Source: Octopus vulgaris (Eukaryota). From it: a stretch of DNA of 64,000 nt. The stretch spans positions 35,960,001 through 36,024,000 of the forward strand of contig OX597836.1 in the NCBI GenBank assembly GCA_951406725.2, read 5' to 3'. Of the stretch, positions 13,008-24,950 are shown one piece after another. Under the pieces are notes generated by a model. The model was not told where the DNA came from. It saw nothing but the letters and a program-made list of their open reading frames with translations, and did no database searches. The first letter of the stretch is position 1, and every line of letters starts with the position of its first letter. A program made the translations under genes and the position numbers.

Positions 13008-14451
13008 CATCTTAGTTTTACGATGTCCCTAAGATGTTCGGGAGAAACTTATCCTCAAGATAATATTCTGATTCTAGATGGCTGTATCTATAATAGAGGT
13101 AATTCTACAAAAGTCATCCTACCTGGTGTTAAGCTGCAATTTGTGTAAATCTATTAACCAATAACTAAAACAAAAAAAAAGAAAGAAACAAGCCAGCAAA
13201 CCTATCAAAACACAAGTCACCTGACATTCGGAAAATTTTTACGCTAACCGGGACTGATATGTTTTATTAACTCTGAGAGTCTAAAGACGATGCTGACATA
13301 GCAGAAATGTGGATTCAGAATGCAGAGATCCATAAATATATCTGAAGAATTTGTCAGTTCGACACCAAAAGGTAGACATCGAAATATTGTGCAAGATGTC
13401 TTTCTGACGTTTTCAACATTGGTACATGTTTAACTTTGAAACTAGTAACTGCATCTACTGTTGTAGTGCTTCAAACCATACCTTCAAAATGGATCCCATT
13501 GTGTGTTAGCTGGGATATATGCCTTTGACCTTATCCAGTTTTACACTAAACCTTTACGAGTAAACTAGGCTAATTCTTTCCTTCTCCGGTTTAAAAATAC
13601 CACTTAGCCCTTGGGTAACTAGAACATTTTATTGTAAGTATTCGGTAGAGATATGCTGTCACTGAATAATTTATTTCATTTCTTCTATCAGCCTTGGACG
13701 CTTGGGAAAAGATCAAGGGTCATCTTCATTTGCTTTCTCTGAATCATAAAAAAATGCTTTCTTTATTATTACTAATATTTATATCATAAATCTTATATGA
13801 CAATGAGTTTACATTTATCGACGTTTTTGAATTCATATTGAATAGAAAACTTTTTTAAGATCTCTAAATGATATTTATTGCTTAAAGAGATTATTGAAAT
13901 ACGTATATTTTTTTTATTGACAACGTATTTAATCCATTCATATTTAGAAGAGGACTTTTAAAACTTTTGTTCTGTCAAATATTGAAAACTAAAGGATTTA
14001 ATGTTCCGATATTGATTCAAAAGTACAAAATGTCGACCTTCATTGACTGAACATATGGAAGACAACACAGTGCTCATAAATCAGTATTTTGGATTTTTTT
14101 TACTTAAATGTTTTTCCAGACATAGTGGAACTAAGAAAACAATAACTATCTTCTATGTATCAATCATTTATTTATTTGTGTCTCTGGGTTGCGTCCATGG
14201 CGGGGCACTGCTCTGAAAGGTTTTAGTCGAACAAATCGGTGTTTCCATTTTGAAGTCTGTAAGTTATTCTATCCATCAATTTAGGCGAACTAGTAAAGTT
14301 ATAGGGATGTACATAAACACCAGAGTCGAGGTGGTGAGAGACAGATACAAATATGCACATGCACAGACACTTATATATCTCTATTTATGCGTATAGATAC
14401 AAATAAAGATATATATCTATGTGTATAGATATGTATATATATATATATATA

Positions 14452-14726
14452 TCACGTGATCAGCAGACCATCAGATGTTGTTACACATCGCTGGTCACAA
14501 TGCGTTCGCATTGTTTTAGCCTTCGAATGACGCCACCCCGCTGGCTAAGCGAGCAGGCCAACAGAAGAAAGAGTGGGAGAAAGAGTGGTGAAAGAGTACT
14601 GCCGGAGCCTCGTGGAGCTTTTAGGTGTTTTCGCTCAATAAACACTCACAACGCCCGGTCTGGGAATCGAAACCGTGATCCTGCGACCGCGAGTCCGCTG
14701 CCCTAACCACTAGGCTATTGCGCCTC

Positions 14727-14727
<1 letters not shown>
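14452..14727 (-). mobile_element. tRNA-derived SINE family C, tail type 2, nested in an older SINE B
   Basis: Minus-strand head ggaggcgcaatagcctagtggttagggcagcggactcgcgg..ggtttcgattcccagaccgggcg. Tail shared with 47572-47875. Flanks 14170-14350 and 14833-14985 are the two halves of a decayed minus-strand SINE B. Confidence 0.85.
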
Positions 14728-14771
<44 letters not shown>

Positions 14772-15585
14772 GACACACAATCCCATCCGTGATGAGTATG
14801 AGCATAACTGTTTATATATATATATATATATCTTTCGCTTCCGTCAACCAGATACGCTCGCAACACTTTGGCCAGCAGGGGTCCATATTAGCAGGTGCTT
14901 TCCCGAGGTGCCATGCGGCGGAACTGAACCGGAAACCATGTGGTTGAAAAGCAAACTGCTTACTACAGAGTCGCACTTGCACCTATGTAGATTACTTCTT
15001 TCCTGGAAAAGAATATGACGTGATGGTTAGATGACTTAGCAGCAATAAGTTTCAGGTCTACTTAGTACATCGAATCCTTCTCACTTACTTTAATAATAAT
15101 ACACTTCAATTCAATATACTGTGGGACGTCGGGAAACGTATTAAATTATAATTAACAGGCAATAACATTTACTTTCTGTTTAATATAATAAAATGGAGAA
15201 ATCCTACGTAGATAAGAACTCATTAGCATAGAAATATTTAATATTGATTCATGAACAACAATAGAAACATAATATTTTAATATGTATTTACGAATTATAT
15301 GAAGAATCATGAATAAATTGTACCCGAACGATATGATATTTAAAATATAATTTCGATGTAAATTATATTAATTGATTTTTTTTTTTAAATAGCAAAACTA
15401 ATTTTTTGATTTATTAATATCATACTTTGAAAATTGCTTGAAATTACATTCTTTTGAGTTGTATCTAATTAGTGAGACATTTTTTCCACAGTTGGGATTC
15501 ATAATTAATAAGCGACGGCTTACAGTTAACTTGGTTATTCATACGAACATAAATGCATTCAGACATAAGTAACTACTATATACAG

Positions 15586-15673
<88 letters not shown>

Positions 15674-15748
15674 GTTTATATATTTCATATACATATTCAT
15701 ATATATATAATATATTTACATACATATATATATATATGTATACACTCA

Positions 15749-15807
<59 letters not shown>

Positions 15808-16102
15808 GTATATATTGTTTATTCCTATTCGAACTGAAACCACAGCGAACATCTTTTCTAGCAGATAAACATCTACGTTACTGCCTCATCGGATATGTTT
15901 AGATTCATATAGATGTCTATACTACTACTACTACTACTACCAGCTTTAGGACAATCAATAACAGACATTTGAGATCTTTGGCAGATTTTATATGGCGACT
16001 GAAGGAGGCTAATACGAAATACTACATTACTTGATCTATAGTTAGACATGGAAAACCATACAGTGCAATTTCCAGGTGGTGTCGTCTATATATATATATA
16101 TA

Positions 16103-16615
16103 CTAGCAGTATCGCCCGGCGTTGTTCGGGTTTGTAAGGGAATTAACTATATAAGCATTTTTAGAGAGTTACTTCCCTTATAGATGCCAATTCGGGCTTT
16201 CTTAGCCATTTCTGTTTTGGTGTCTTCAAGCCATGAAGTCGTTGTTCTAAAAGAACGCTGGTCTCCTTGACAACGCTTTACGACGTTGATTTCCTTACAC
16301 TCCCTTCCCCACAGCTTCACGAGGGAGGGAAGAAGGGGGAGAAGCAAACAGGTGCAGGTGTGACCATGGACGCCAACTCCGCCGCCATCGACACACGAAA
16401 AATTATGCATTAAAATGGAATAAAAAATGATGTTAAATTATTTTTAAAATCGTAGACTCATCGTAGACGCACGCTAGTACTCAGACGGGCTCGATATGAA
16501 TCACGACTATAAGATACCCGAATTTGGTTAAACTGCACCGCAAAATGTGGGAGTAGTTAGGAATCTAAATCGAAGGGAACAGACACTCACACAACTACAG
16601 TTTTATATATATAGA
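16103..16615 (-). mobile_element. Non-autonomous Helitron (same family as 8992-9383, different internal cassette)
   Basis: A|TC 5' end (tctatatatataaaactgtag), hairpin cccgaacaacgccggg, CTAG|T 3' end. Confidence 0.85.
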
Positions 16616-16620
16616 TATAA

Positions 16621-16696
<76 letters not shown>

Positions 16697-16702
16697 ACAT
16701 AC

Positions 16703-16739
<37 letters not shown>

Positions 16740-16757
16740 AGTGTGTGTGTGTGTGTA

Positions 16758-17613
16758 TGTATATTTAGGGCTAAAAACGACTATGTGGACAGCCATATGC
16801 TAGAAATAGATCACATACGATCAAACTACAAAGAAATAATGTTCTCTAGAGAAAATTCAACGAACACCAGAACATAGGCGGGCAAGACAGATGAAAACTA
16901 TATAAAAATCAAGAATTAATCGTATACCGGTTTCGTCTATCAACGAATAAATCACTTATGTAATCCTTCGTCCGTAGAACTCGTCAGTACGATCGTTCCA
17001 AAAGCAATATAATTTGTAAAACTAACCACCAGTTTTCTATATAAAACCAGACACGTGCTTAGTTCTACCGATTACATTGGGGTTAATTTCAAATGTCTGA
17101 GTTCTGGCGCGCTATAATTCCAGAAACAAAATCTGCAGCGAATAATGTACTGCAGTTAATGCCGCCTATTAGAGAACATAATTATTTTAACATTTAAATA
17201 ATTAGGGATATAAATTAAATATTAATTTAATTAATATCAATTTAAAACCAGTAGCCTAGCATATAAAATTCTGAAAAATCAGAGAAAATTCCAATACATC
17301 TGTATATTTAGGGCTAAAAACCACTATGTGGACAGCCATATGCTAGACATAGATCACATATGATCAAACAACAAAGAAAGAATGTTCTCTAGAGAAAATT
17401 CAGCGAACACCAGAACATAAGCGGGCAAGACAGATGAAAATTATATACAAAACCAAGAATTAATCGTATACCGGTTTCGTCTATGAACGAATAATTTACT
17501 TTGATTTTTATATAGTTTTCATCTGTCTTCCCCGCCTATGTTCTGGTGTTCGCTGAATTTTCTCTAGAGAACATTCTTTCATTGTAGTTTGATCGTATGT
17601 GATCTATTTCTAG
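16758..17613 (-). mobile_element. PLE pseudo-LTR unit: partial tandem repeat (period about 543 bp) plus an inverted partial copy
   Basis: 16758-16950 is repeated directly at 17301-17499. 16800-16913 is repeated in inverted orientation at 17500-17613. Contains a canonical HHR. Confidence 0.8.
16919..16993 (-). ncRNA. Type-I hammerhead ribozyme with an intact core and long stem II
   Basis: Minus strand: atcgta CTGACGA g-ttcta-cgg-acgaa..ttcgt-tga-taga-c GAAA ccg GTA tacgat. Perfect 6-bp stem I, G10.1-C11.1 pair, palindromic accggt stem III, GUA cleavage triplet. Confidence 0.85.
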
Positions 17614-17681
17614 AGACGATATGGTAGACTTAACTAGAGGGAAATAGTAGAGTTCAATATAAGAACTTATTTGAAAAATGT

Positions 17682-18089
17682 ATGGAGTGGCTGTGTGGTA
17701 AGTAGCTTGCTAACCAACCACATGGTTCCGGGTTCAGTGCCACTGCGTGGCATCTTGGGCAAGTGTCTTCTACTATAGCCACGGGCCGACCAATGCCTTG
17801 TGAGTGGATTTGGTAGACGGAAACTGAAAGAAGCCTGTCGTATATGTATATATATATATATAAGTGTGTCTGTATATGTTTGTGTGTCTGTGTTTGTCCC
17901 CCTAGCATTGCTTGACAACCGATGCTGGTGTGTTTACGTCCCCGTCACTTAGCGGTTCGGCAAAAGAGACCGATAGAATAAGTACTGGGCTTACAAAGAA
18001 TAAGTCCTGCGTTCGATTTGCTCGACTGAAGGCGGTGCTACAGCATGGCCGCAGTCAAATGACTGAAACAAGTAAAAGAGTAAAAGAGT
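17682..18089 (+). mobile_element. tRNA-derived SINE family B with an internal (TA)n(TG)n microsatellite
   Basis: A-box tggctgtgtgg, B-box ggttcagtgcc, CORE-like catcttgggcaagtgtctt, 3' end (gagtaaaa)n. Near-identical to 20033-20441 and 46024-46470. Confidence 0.92.
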
Positions 18090-19029
18090 ATATAGTAACT
18101 ATAAAGGGAAATAAGAGAATAAATATATGTAGGATTTTACAGTTACAGTTCAGTTATTCAAGATACATGCTGTGTAGAATGGGCAGAAATGCTTCTTGTC
18201 TATGGTATGTAGATTTCGATAGGAATTCGTATTTTTTTTTATTATGAGTGGAAAGTATGGAGACATAAATTCCATGTGCTCTAAATTCAAAAGTGTGTGA
18301 ACGAAATTTTGTGAGTGTACTGGTAGGGGTAAGTAGATAGAGAGAAGAGAATAGATGTGTATGTTAGGAGGAGAAAGGTATTAGTCAAAAGGAATATGGG
18401 AGGAAAGAAGAATGAAAGAAGAAAAATAGAAACAAGAAGTGCTTGTTGGAGGTGAAGATATTGTGAGGGAGTGGGAGAGGAGAGTTATCAGGATAACAGG
18501 AAGAGGGGAGGTATAGAAGGAAGCGATAAGAATGTTAGGAAGGAATATGGTATGTGTGAGAAATAAGAGTTTGGGTGATATGTTTGAAAGGCACGAAAGT
18601 GTGGAGATAGGTGAAGAAATGGTAAGTTGGTGGGGTGAAAGAATGTTTTGCGTGTCTGATTTAAGTCATAGCAGGATTACAATCTATGTACAGGTGATCA
18701 AGTTAATGAGAACAATTAATCGAATTTATTACACGTAATCAAGTTGCAGCCATCACAAAAACATTCGCGCAAAAACATACAGAATTACACACACACACAC
18801 TCACATATAGGCACATATACATATACATGTACGTACACACACAGATAAATAACATATATATTTACATGTGTATGTATACATATATATATATATACTGACA
18901 CGCACACATAGAGATGCACTCACTCACACGCATACACGCACACAGAAATATAAACACACATATACATAATATATATATATATATATATATGTATATATCA
19001 TATATATGTATATATATATATATGTATAT

Positions 19030-19078
<49 letters not shown>

Positions 19079-19297
19079 AAGAAAGTAATTAAATTGATTT
19101 AAATTTCCTGTTTATCTAGAGAATAAAAATCCTAAAAGTACTTATTAGCGATTCTAAAGTAAAATAAGATAATCTGTAGACACCTGTCCAGATGCTCTCA
19201 AATACACACTTACACATGTGAATATATACCTATATACAACGTGTTTGTCTGGCTGTATGTATATATATATATATATATATATATGCGTGTTTGTGTG

Positions 19298-19329
<32 letters not shown>

Positions 19330-19482
19330 AGTGTGTTTCTCTCTCCGTGTGCTTATATAGGATATATGTGGACGTGTACAGCTTGGTGGTGGGGAAACTT
19401 CACTGAAGTTCGTAAGGATATTTAATAATTAAGGAAATGATTAATTACATTTCTCCATAGCTAACAATAAAGGGATGATCAA

Positions 19483-21700
19483 ATGAATATGAATATTAAT
19501 AAAACTGATGAAAACTATAATCACCAAAATAAAAATTTCGATTCCTGGAAACGACGATGCGTAGTGTTCTCTAACAAAATGCTTGATATTAAATTCATGG
19601 ATATTAACCTAGATCTCAAAGTAGGCAAATATAAACCGTACCATAAACCAAGTTACTCCAGCATGGCCGCAATCACATGACTGAAACTAGAAACTAGAAA
19701 AAGAATTAAAGAATAAAAAATAATAAGCAAAAATTGCGTCCATTAGAAAATATCTCTAGAAGAATTCCCAAACTCTCTGTAGACGAGGAGACAGTTAGTC
19801 AAAATGTAGGTCACTATAACTTAGCTCTGAGTAAACCGGGTACAAACGAAAGTTAAAATTCTATTGACCAAGCAGTTTGCCAAACAAGATTCCTAAAGAT
19901 GATATTAACCATGACAAGACATTATATAAAAAGGGAGTGTTTTAGGGGATACAATTGTTTGTAAAATGGATAAGAATAAGGCAAGTGACGATAGGACACA
20001 GATAGAAAATAAATAAAATAAATAAAATATGATAGGCGCAGGAGTGGCTGTGTGGTAAGTAGCTTGCTAACCAACCACATAGTTCCGGGTTCAGTCCCAC
20101 TGCGTGGCATCTTGGGCAAGTGTCTTCTGCTATAGCCCCGGGCCGACCAATGCCTTGTGAGTGGATTTGGTAGACGGAAACTGAAAGAAGCCTGTCGTAT
20201 ATATGTATATATATATATATGTGTGTGTGCGTTTGTGTTGTCCCCCTAGCATTGCTTGACAACCGATGCTGGTGTGTTTACGTCCCCGTCACTTAGCGGT
20301 TCGGCAAAAGAGACCGATAGAATAAGTACTGGGCTTACAATGAATAATTGCTGGGGTCGATTTGCTCGACTAAAGGCGGTGCTCCAGTATGGCCGCAGTC
20401 AAATGACTGAAACAAGTAAAAGAGAGTAAAAGAGTAAAGAGATTAAAAGGAAGTTCGACATAAAACACTATAATAAACCAAACTAGAGTATAAAACAGCA
20501 GCAGTAAAGTTAAATAAAATAAAATATAAATGAATTTAATAAAATGAGAAACTAGACAAAAATATTAATAAATCATATAAAAAATATAATACCCCATGCA
20601 TAAATAGCAATGACAAAAATGGATCCAAAGAATGGTTCATAACATTCATGTAGGAAAATAGCACTAATTTAGTGAACTTTTTCTATTCGTCGGTTTCGGG
20701 ACATTTCTCGGTAAACAGCATATACTATAGAATATTTAAGTCGTACGAGGTGAGGGTGGAATTTTGTAATTCAAAAAATGTAACACAAATATTTGCTGCA
20801 CAAAATGCTAAAATATGAAATAGCTTTCACGACAACGAGAGTAGGAAGAATCAAAATAAATTGCAATCGACCAAAATGCTGATAGAATCAATGAAAATAT
20901 GGGCTATTTGGAAAATGAAGGAAGGGAAATAACTCGAAGAAATTCCCTACTAAGATCTAAACCAATAAAGATACTCTCTCTTAATAATATAAAAAGCACA
21001 TTTGATAATATTAACAACGTAAATGGTAATACAAAGAATGGAAGCAATGATAGTAACAATAAAACCAACGAGAATAAGACGAGAATAATAAAGGTATTAA
21101 GAAAGATAATATTAACAATAATAATGAAAATGCTAACGGAAGCATTATACACAACAACCTTAATAATCTGGGACTAACGAAAAATACTCCAAACCTAGAA
21201 AAAAAAAGAATATTCTCTGAAAGTATAAGATATAAACACGACAATAATAATAAGAAAACTGAAACTGTTCGAAAACATAGAACCTGTGATTGTGACAATG
21301 GAAGGCGATGCCCGCTCAATTTTAAACGTAGGGTAAAGGAAGTTATCTATAGATGCAAGGTTACATCAGAAGGACAAGGATATTATTATATAGGTGTTAC
21401 GGGAAATTATATAAAAAGAAGGATAGCTAATCCCGAAAATAGATTTATGGATAATCACAAAGGAACGAACACAAGCCTAAGCAAACTAATTTGGTCGATT
21501 ATAGATAAAAATAAGGACTATACACTTACGTGGGAAATAATTAGCTGGGGAAAATTAGAGGGAGAAAATGATGGGAACTTTGTGTTGAAGATATTTAATA
21601 AATTATCGCATCAAAACGTAAGCTTATTAACCATAAACCGGAAAGAGATTTAAGTTGTGTCCATAAAGCTAAACATATGTATAATAGTTACAAATAAATA
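19483..21700 (+). pseudogene. Decayed Penelope-like element: RT C-terminus/thumb plus GIY-YIG endonuclease
   Basis: Peptides: FMDINLDLKVGKYKPYHKP (about 19595); LENISRRIPKLSVDEETVSQNVGHYNLALSKPG (19743); WFITF..TN..F..HF..YRIF..N..IFAAQNAK (20633); CDCDNGRRCPLNFKRRVKEVIYRCKVTSEGQGYYYIGVTGNYIKRR..TSLSKLIW..LTWEII (21285-21545), which has the VIY..YIG GIY-YIG motif. Contains stops, frameshifts and SINE insertions. Confidence 0.85.
20033..20441 (+). mobile_element. SINE family B, full length, inserted in the PLE remnant
   Basis: Complete head through gagtaaa tail, matching the other B copies. Confidence 0.92.
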
Positions 21701-22465
21701 TATAATAGTAATAGTAAAAAAAACTCGGGCATAGAGCATAGAGGAAACATGAATGGAATATGGTATATGCTGGAAATATAAAACAGAGGTTAATCTAATA
21801 AGAAAAGGAATTATCCAATATAACTGAATATTAAATATTATAGAGAGATAATATGTTACCTATATGATAAAATATGATACCAATACGAGAGAAATACAAA
21901 CTAGGTATTCCAATATAAAATTAAATATTCAACAGCAACAGAGATATACGTATCTAGATTACTAATTTTAAAATGTATTAATATTAATATCAATAATACT
22001 AATACGAGCAAAACATATAGGCAGACTTGGGGGTGGGCAGTACAAATAGTAGTAACAGACTATTTTAGATGGCAGCACAATGTATGAGAGTAAAAGAAAT
22101 ATGTTAAGGGTCATATACTAGACTATTACATCAAAACCTAGATTAATTAGCAATCGGCAAGTAGGGGTCCTGAGCTCTGTCCGTAAAAATAAAGATATGC
22201 ATGATAGATACAAAAACTGAAGAATAACAAGATTATATAAACTTGTGCTAGGGATATATATAAGAAATAAAAACTTAAGGTTGATATAATAAAATGTTAA
22301 ATAGATATATTGAGGGATAAAAATAATATGACACCAATAAATCAGGTGTCCGTAATATAAAGCAGATATACGAACAAATAAAATGAACCTGCTTATCAAT
22401 TAAGATATCAATATTTACAAATAATATCGATACTAGTAACAATAGTATAAATAATAGCAGTGATG

Positions 22466-22506
<41 letters not shown>

Positions 22507-22511
<5 letters not shown>

Positions 22512-22669
22512 GTAGGAGGGGCTGTGTGTTAAGTAGTTTGCTTACCAACCACATGGTTCCGGGTTCAGTCCCACTGCGTGGCACCTTGGGCAAGTGTCTT
22601 CTACTATAGCCTCGGGCCTTGTGAGTGGGTTTGGTAGGCGGAAACTGAAAGAAGCCCGTCGTATATATG

Positions 22670-22716
<47 letters not shown>

Positions 22717-22910
22717 TTGTGTGTCTGTGTTTGTCCCCCACCCCAAAACGTGTTTACGTCCCCGTAACTTAGCGGTTCGGCAAAAGAGACTGACAGAATA
22801 AGTACTAGGCTTACAAAGAATATGTCCTCGGGTCGATTTGCTCGACTAAAGGCGGTGCTCCAGCATGGTCACAGTCAAATGACTGAAACAAGTAAAAGAG
22901 TAAAAGAGAG

Positions 22911-22911
<1 letters not shown>
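22507..22911 (+). mobile_element. SINE family B
   Basis: Matches the family B consensus with small deletions. (TA)n on both sides. Confidence 0.9.
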
Positions 22912-22954
<43 letters not shown>

Positions 22955-22958
<4 letters not shown>

Positions 22959-23310
22959 GAAATAAAGAAAATGCTGACAAAATAATTTAAGTAATTTAAG
23001 TAATTTAATTAGGTGAAAGTTCTTTTTACCGGTTGCGCATTTGTTATGCTTATCAAAAGATATTTTTAAAGAGAAATAGAGTTCCTTTCTGATAGATGTT
23101 TTCCTCTTGTCTGGAAGAGGAAAACATCTATCAGAAAGGAACTCTATTTCTCTTTAAAAAATATCTTTTGATAAGCATAACAAATGCGCAACCGGTAAAA
23201 AGAACTTTCACCTAATTAAATTACTTAAATTACTTAAATTATTTTGTCAGCATTTTCTTTATTTCCTTTGTTATATATCACAACTCGTGTTCCACATCTC
23301 CTTTTTTAAA
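22955..23310 (+). mobile_element. Palindromic PLE pseudo-LTR-like element (154/155-bp arms, 6-nt loop) with a decayed HHR
   Basis: 22955-23108 is the reverse complement of 23115-23269 apart from one A indel; the loop is gtctgg. The right arm has tctt TTGATAA gcat aacaa atgc GCAA ccg GTA aaaaga. (TA)n on both sides. Confidence 0.75.
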
Positions 23311-24677
23311 TATATATATATATATCATCATCATCATCATCGTTTAACGTCCGTTCTCCATAAGAAGAAATGCATTGAAGTACCTACTAATATTAATATA
23401 TTAAAATATGAATAATTAAAACACAGCCAGACAGCTTAAGTGACTGATACACGAAAAGTATAAAATTACGAAGCCTTGACTACCCTGGAAAAAACAGCGA
23501 CCAATGTGTTTATCAAATAAACCAAAAAAACGGAGAATAACAACATGACCTTGATTTGGCAAATAAATTCCTCCCTTGAGAAGTAGGGTCAAAAAGCCAG
23601 CGTGGAGATGTTTTTAGAACAGTATCCACCACGCGGTTGAATAATGGAACACAAGTTTTCGCTTTCAGTTGCAATAATCCTGCATTGGAGAAAATCGGAA
23701 ATTAGCAGTTAAAATGCCTAGAAGTCATTATCTACTGGTTATATCATAACACATTTGAAAAAGCAAGTATGGACGCTAACAAATGGCCGAAACGTCCCAT
23801 AGGCAAAAAGAAGACCTTAATATGACTGCACAATGATTAAAAAGTGAATATTCTATGCGTATTCTGTTTTTCTTTAATCTATTATATGCGCGTGTGTGTC
23901 TACGTACGTTTACATATATACGTATGTAAGTGTATATACATATGTATACGCACACACATTTATACATATCATTTACATTAATCAAAGGACACATTAAAGT
24001 GTCTACCCACTCGAAATAGGAGTTAAAGCCCTCATTTTGACCACCAAAAGTATTTATACTGGAAATAACAGATTCATCAGTATACGGGCGAGCGACACGA
24101 GAAAACTTGTCACATACCTATTTGTCCAAAAAAGGGTTTTAACTTTTATTTTTAGCGGGTAGACACTTTAATGTGTCCTTTGATTAATGTAAATTTCATT
24201 TTATAGCTATATAATGCTGATTTAAGCCTGCAACCACCTATATTAATATTGTTCGTATTAGAGACTATTTCTATTGCCTTCGATAGCAATTACAATATTA
24301 GTATCTATATAAATATTTGCTCCTGAATATTTTTGCTACTGATTTTATACATACATACATACATAAAACATACATTCATGCATACATACATACATACATA
24401 CATACATACATACATACATACATACATAATGCATACATTCATTCATACATACATACATACATACATACATACATACATACATACATACATACATACGTAA
24501 ATGTCGAACGATGAGAGTGAGTGGTGAACAATTTTTGGGGTGGACGATTTGAAAAAAAAAATTGGATAAAGGTTACCATTGGTTTCGGGTTAGGAAAAAT
24601 ACCCTAATTTTTCAAGCCGATCACTTGCACGAATGTTTCCTCCATGTGATTGGCTTGAAATATTGTTATGAAATTAA

Positions 24678-24730
<53 letters not shown>

Positions 24731-24737
<7 letters not shown>

Positions 24738-24950
24738 ATCTTATAAATAACTTATAAACAAGGGCAAAAGAAAAAAGTTCTTATGCCAAATATGCCGAAA
24801 ACAGACACATCGTCAATATCCATATAATTCATCACTATAAGCACGCGTCCCGAAGAAAGCCGACAGAAATTACTAAAAATTTCCGTTACTATAATATCGG
24901 CCCCGATTTCAGAGTTAATTCATAAGAACCTTCTCTTCGTCCACTCAGTT
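24731..24950 (-). mobile_element. (TA)n-adjacent repeat (also at 5351-5495 and 5615-5641), probable pseudo-LTR with a decayed HHR
   Basis: aacttataaacaag.gca.aagaaaaaa.tt.t.atgccaaatatg.cgaaaa.agaca is shared with 5351-5420. Minus strand 24892-24945 reads TGGACGA agag..ctct GAAA tcggggccg ATA. Confidence 0.5.
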
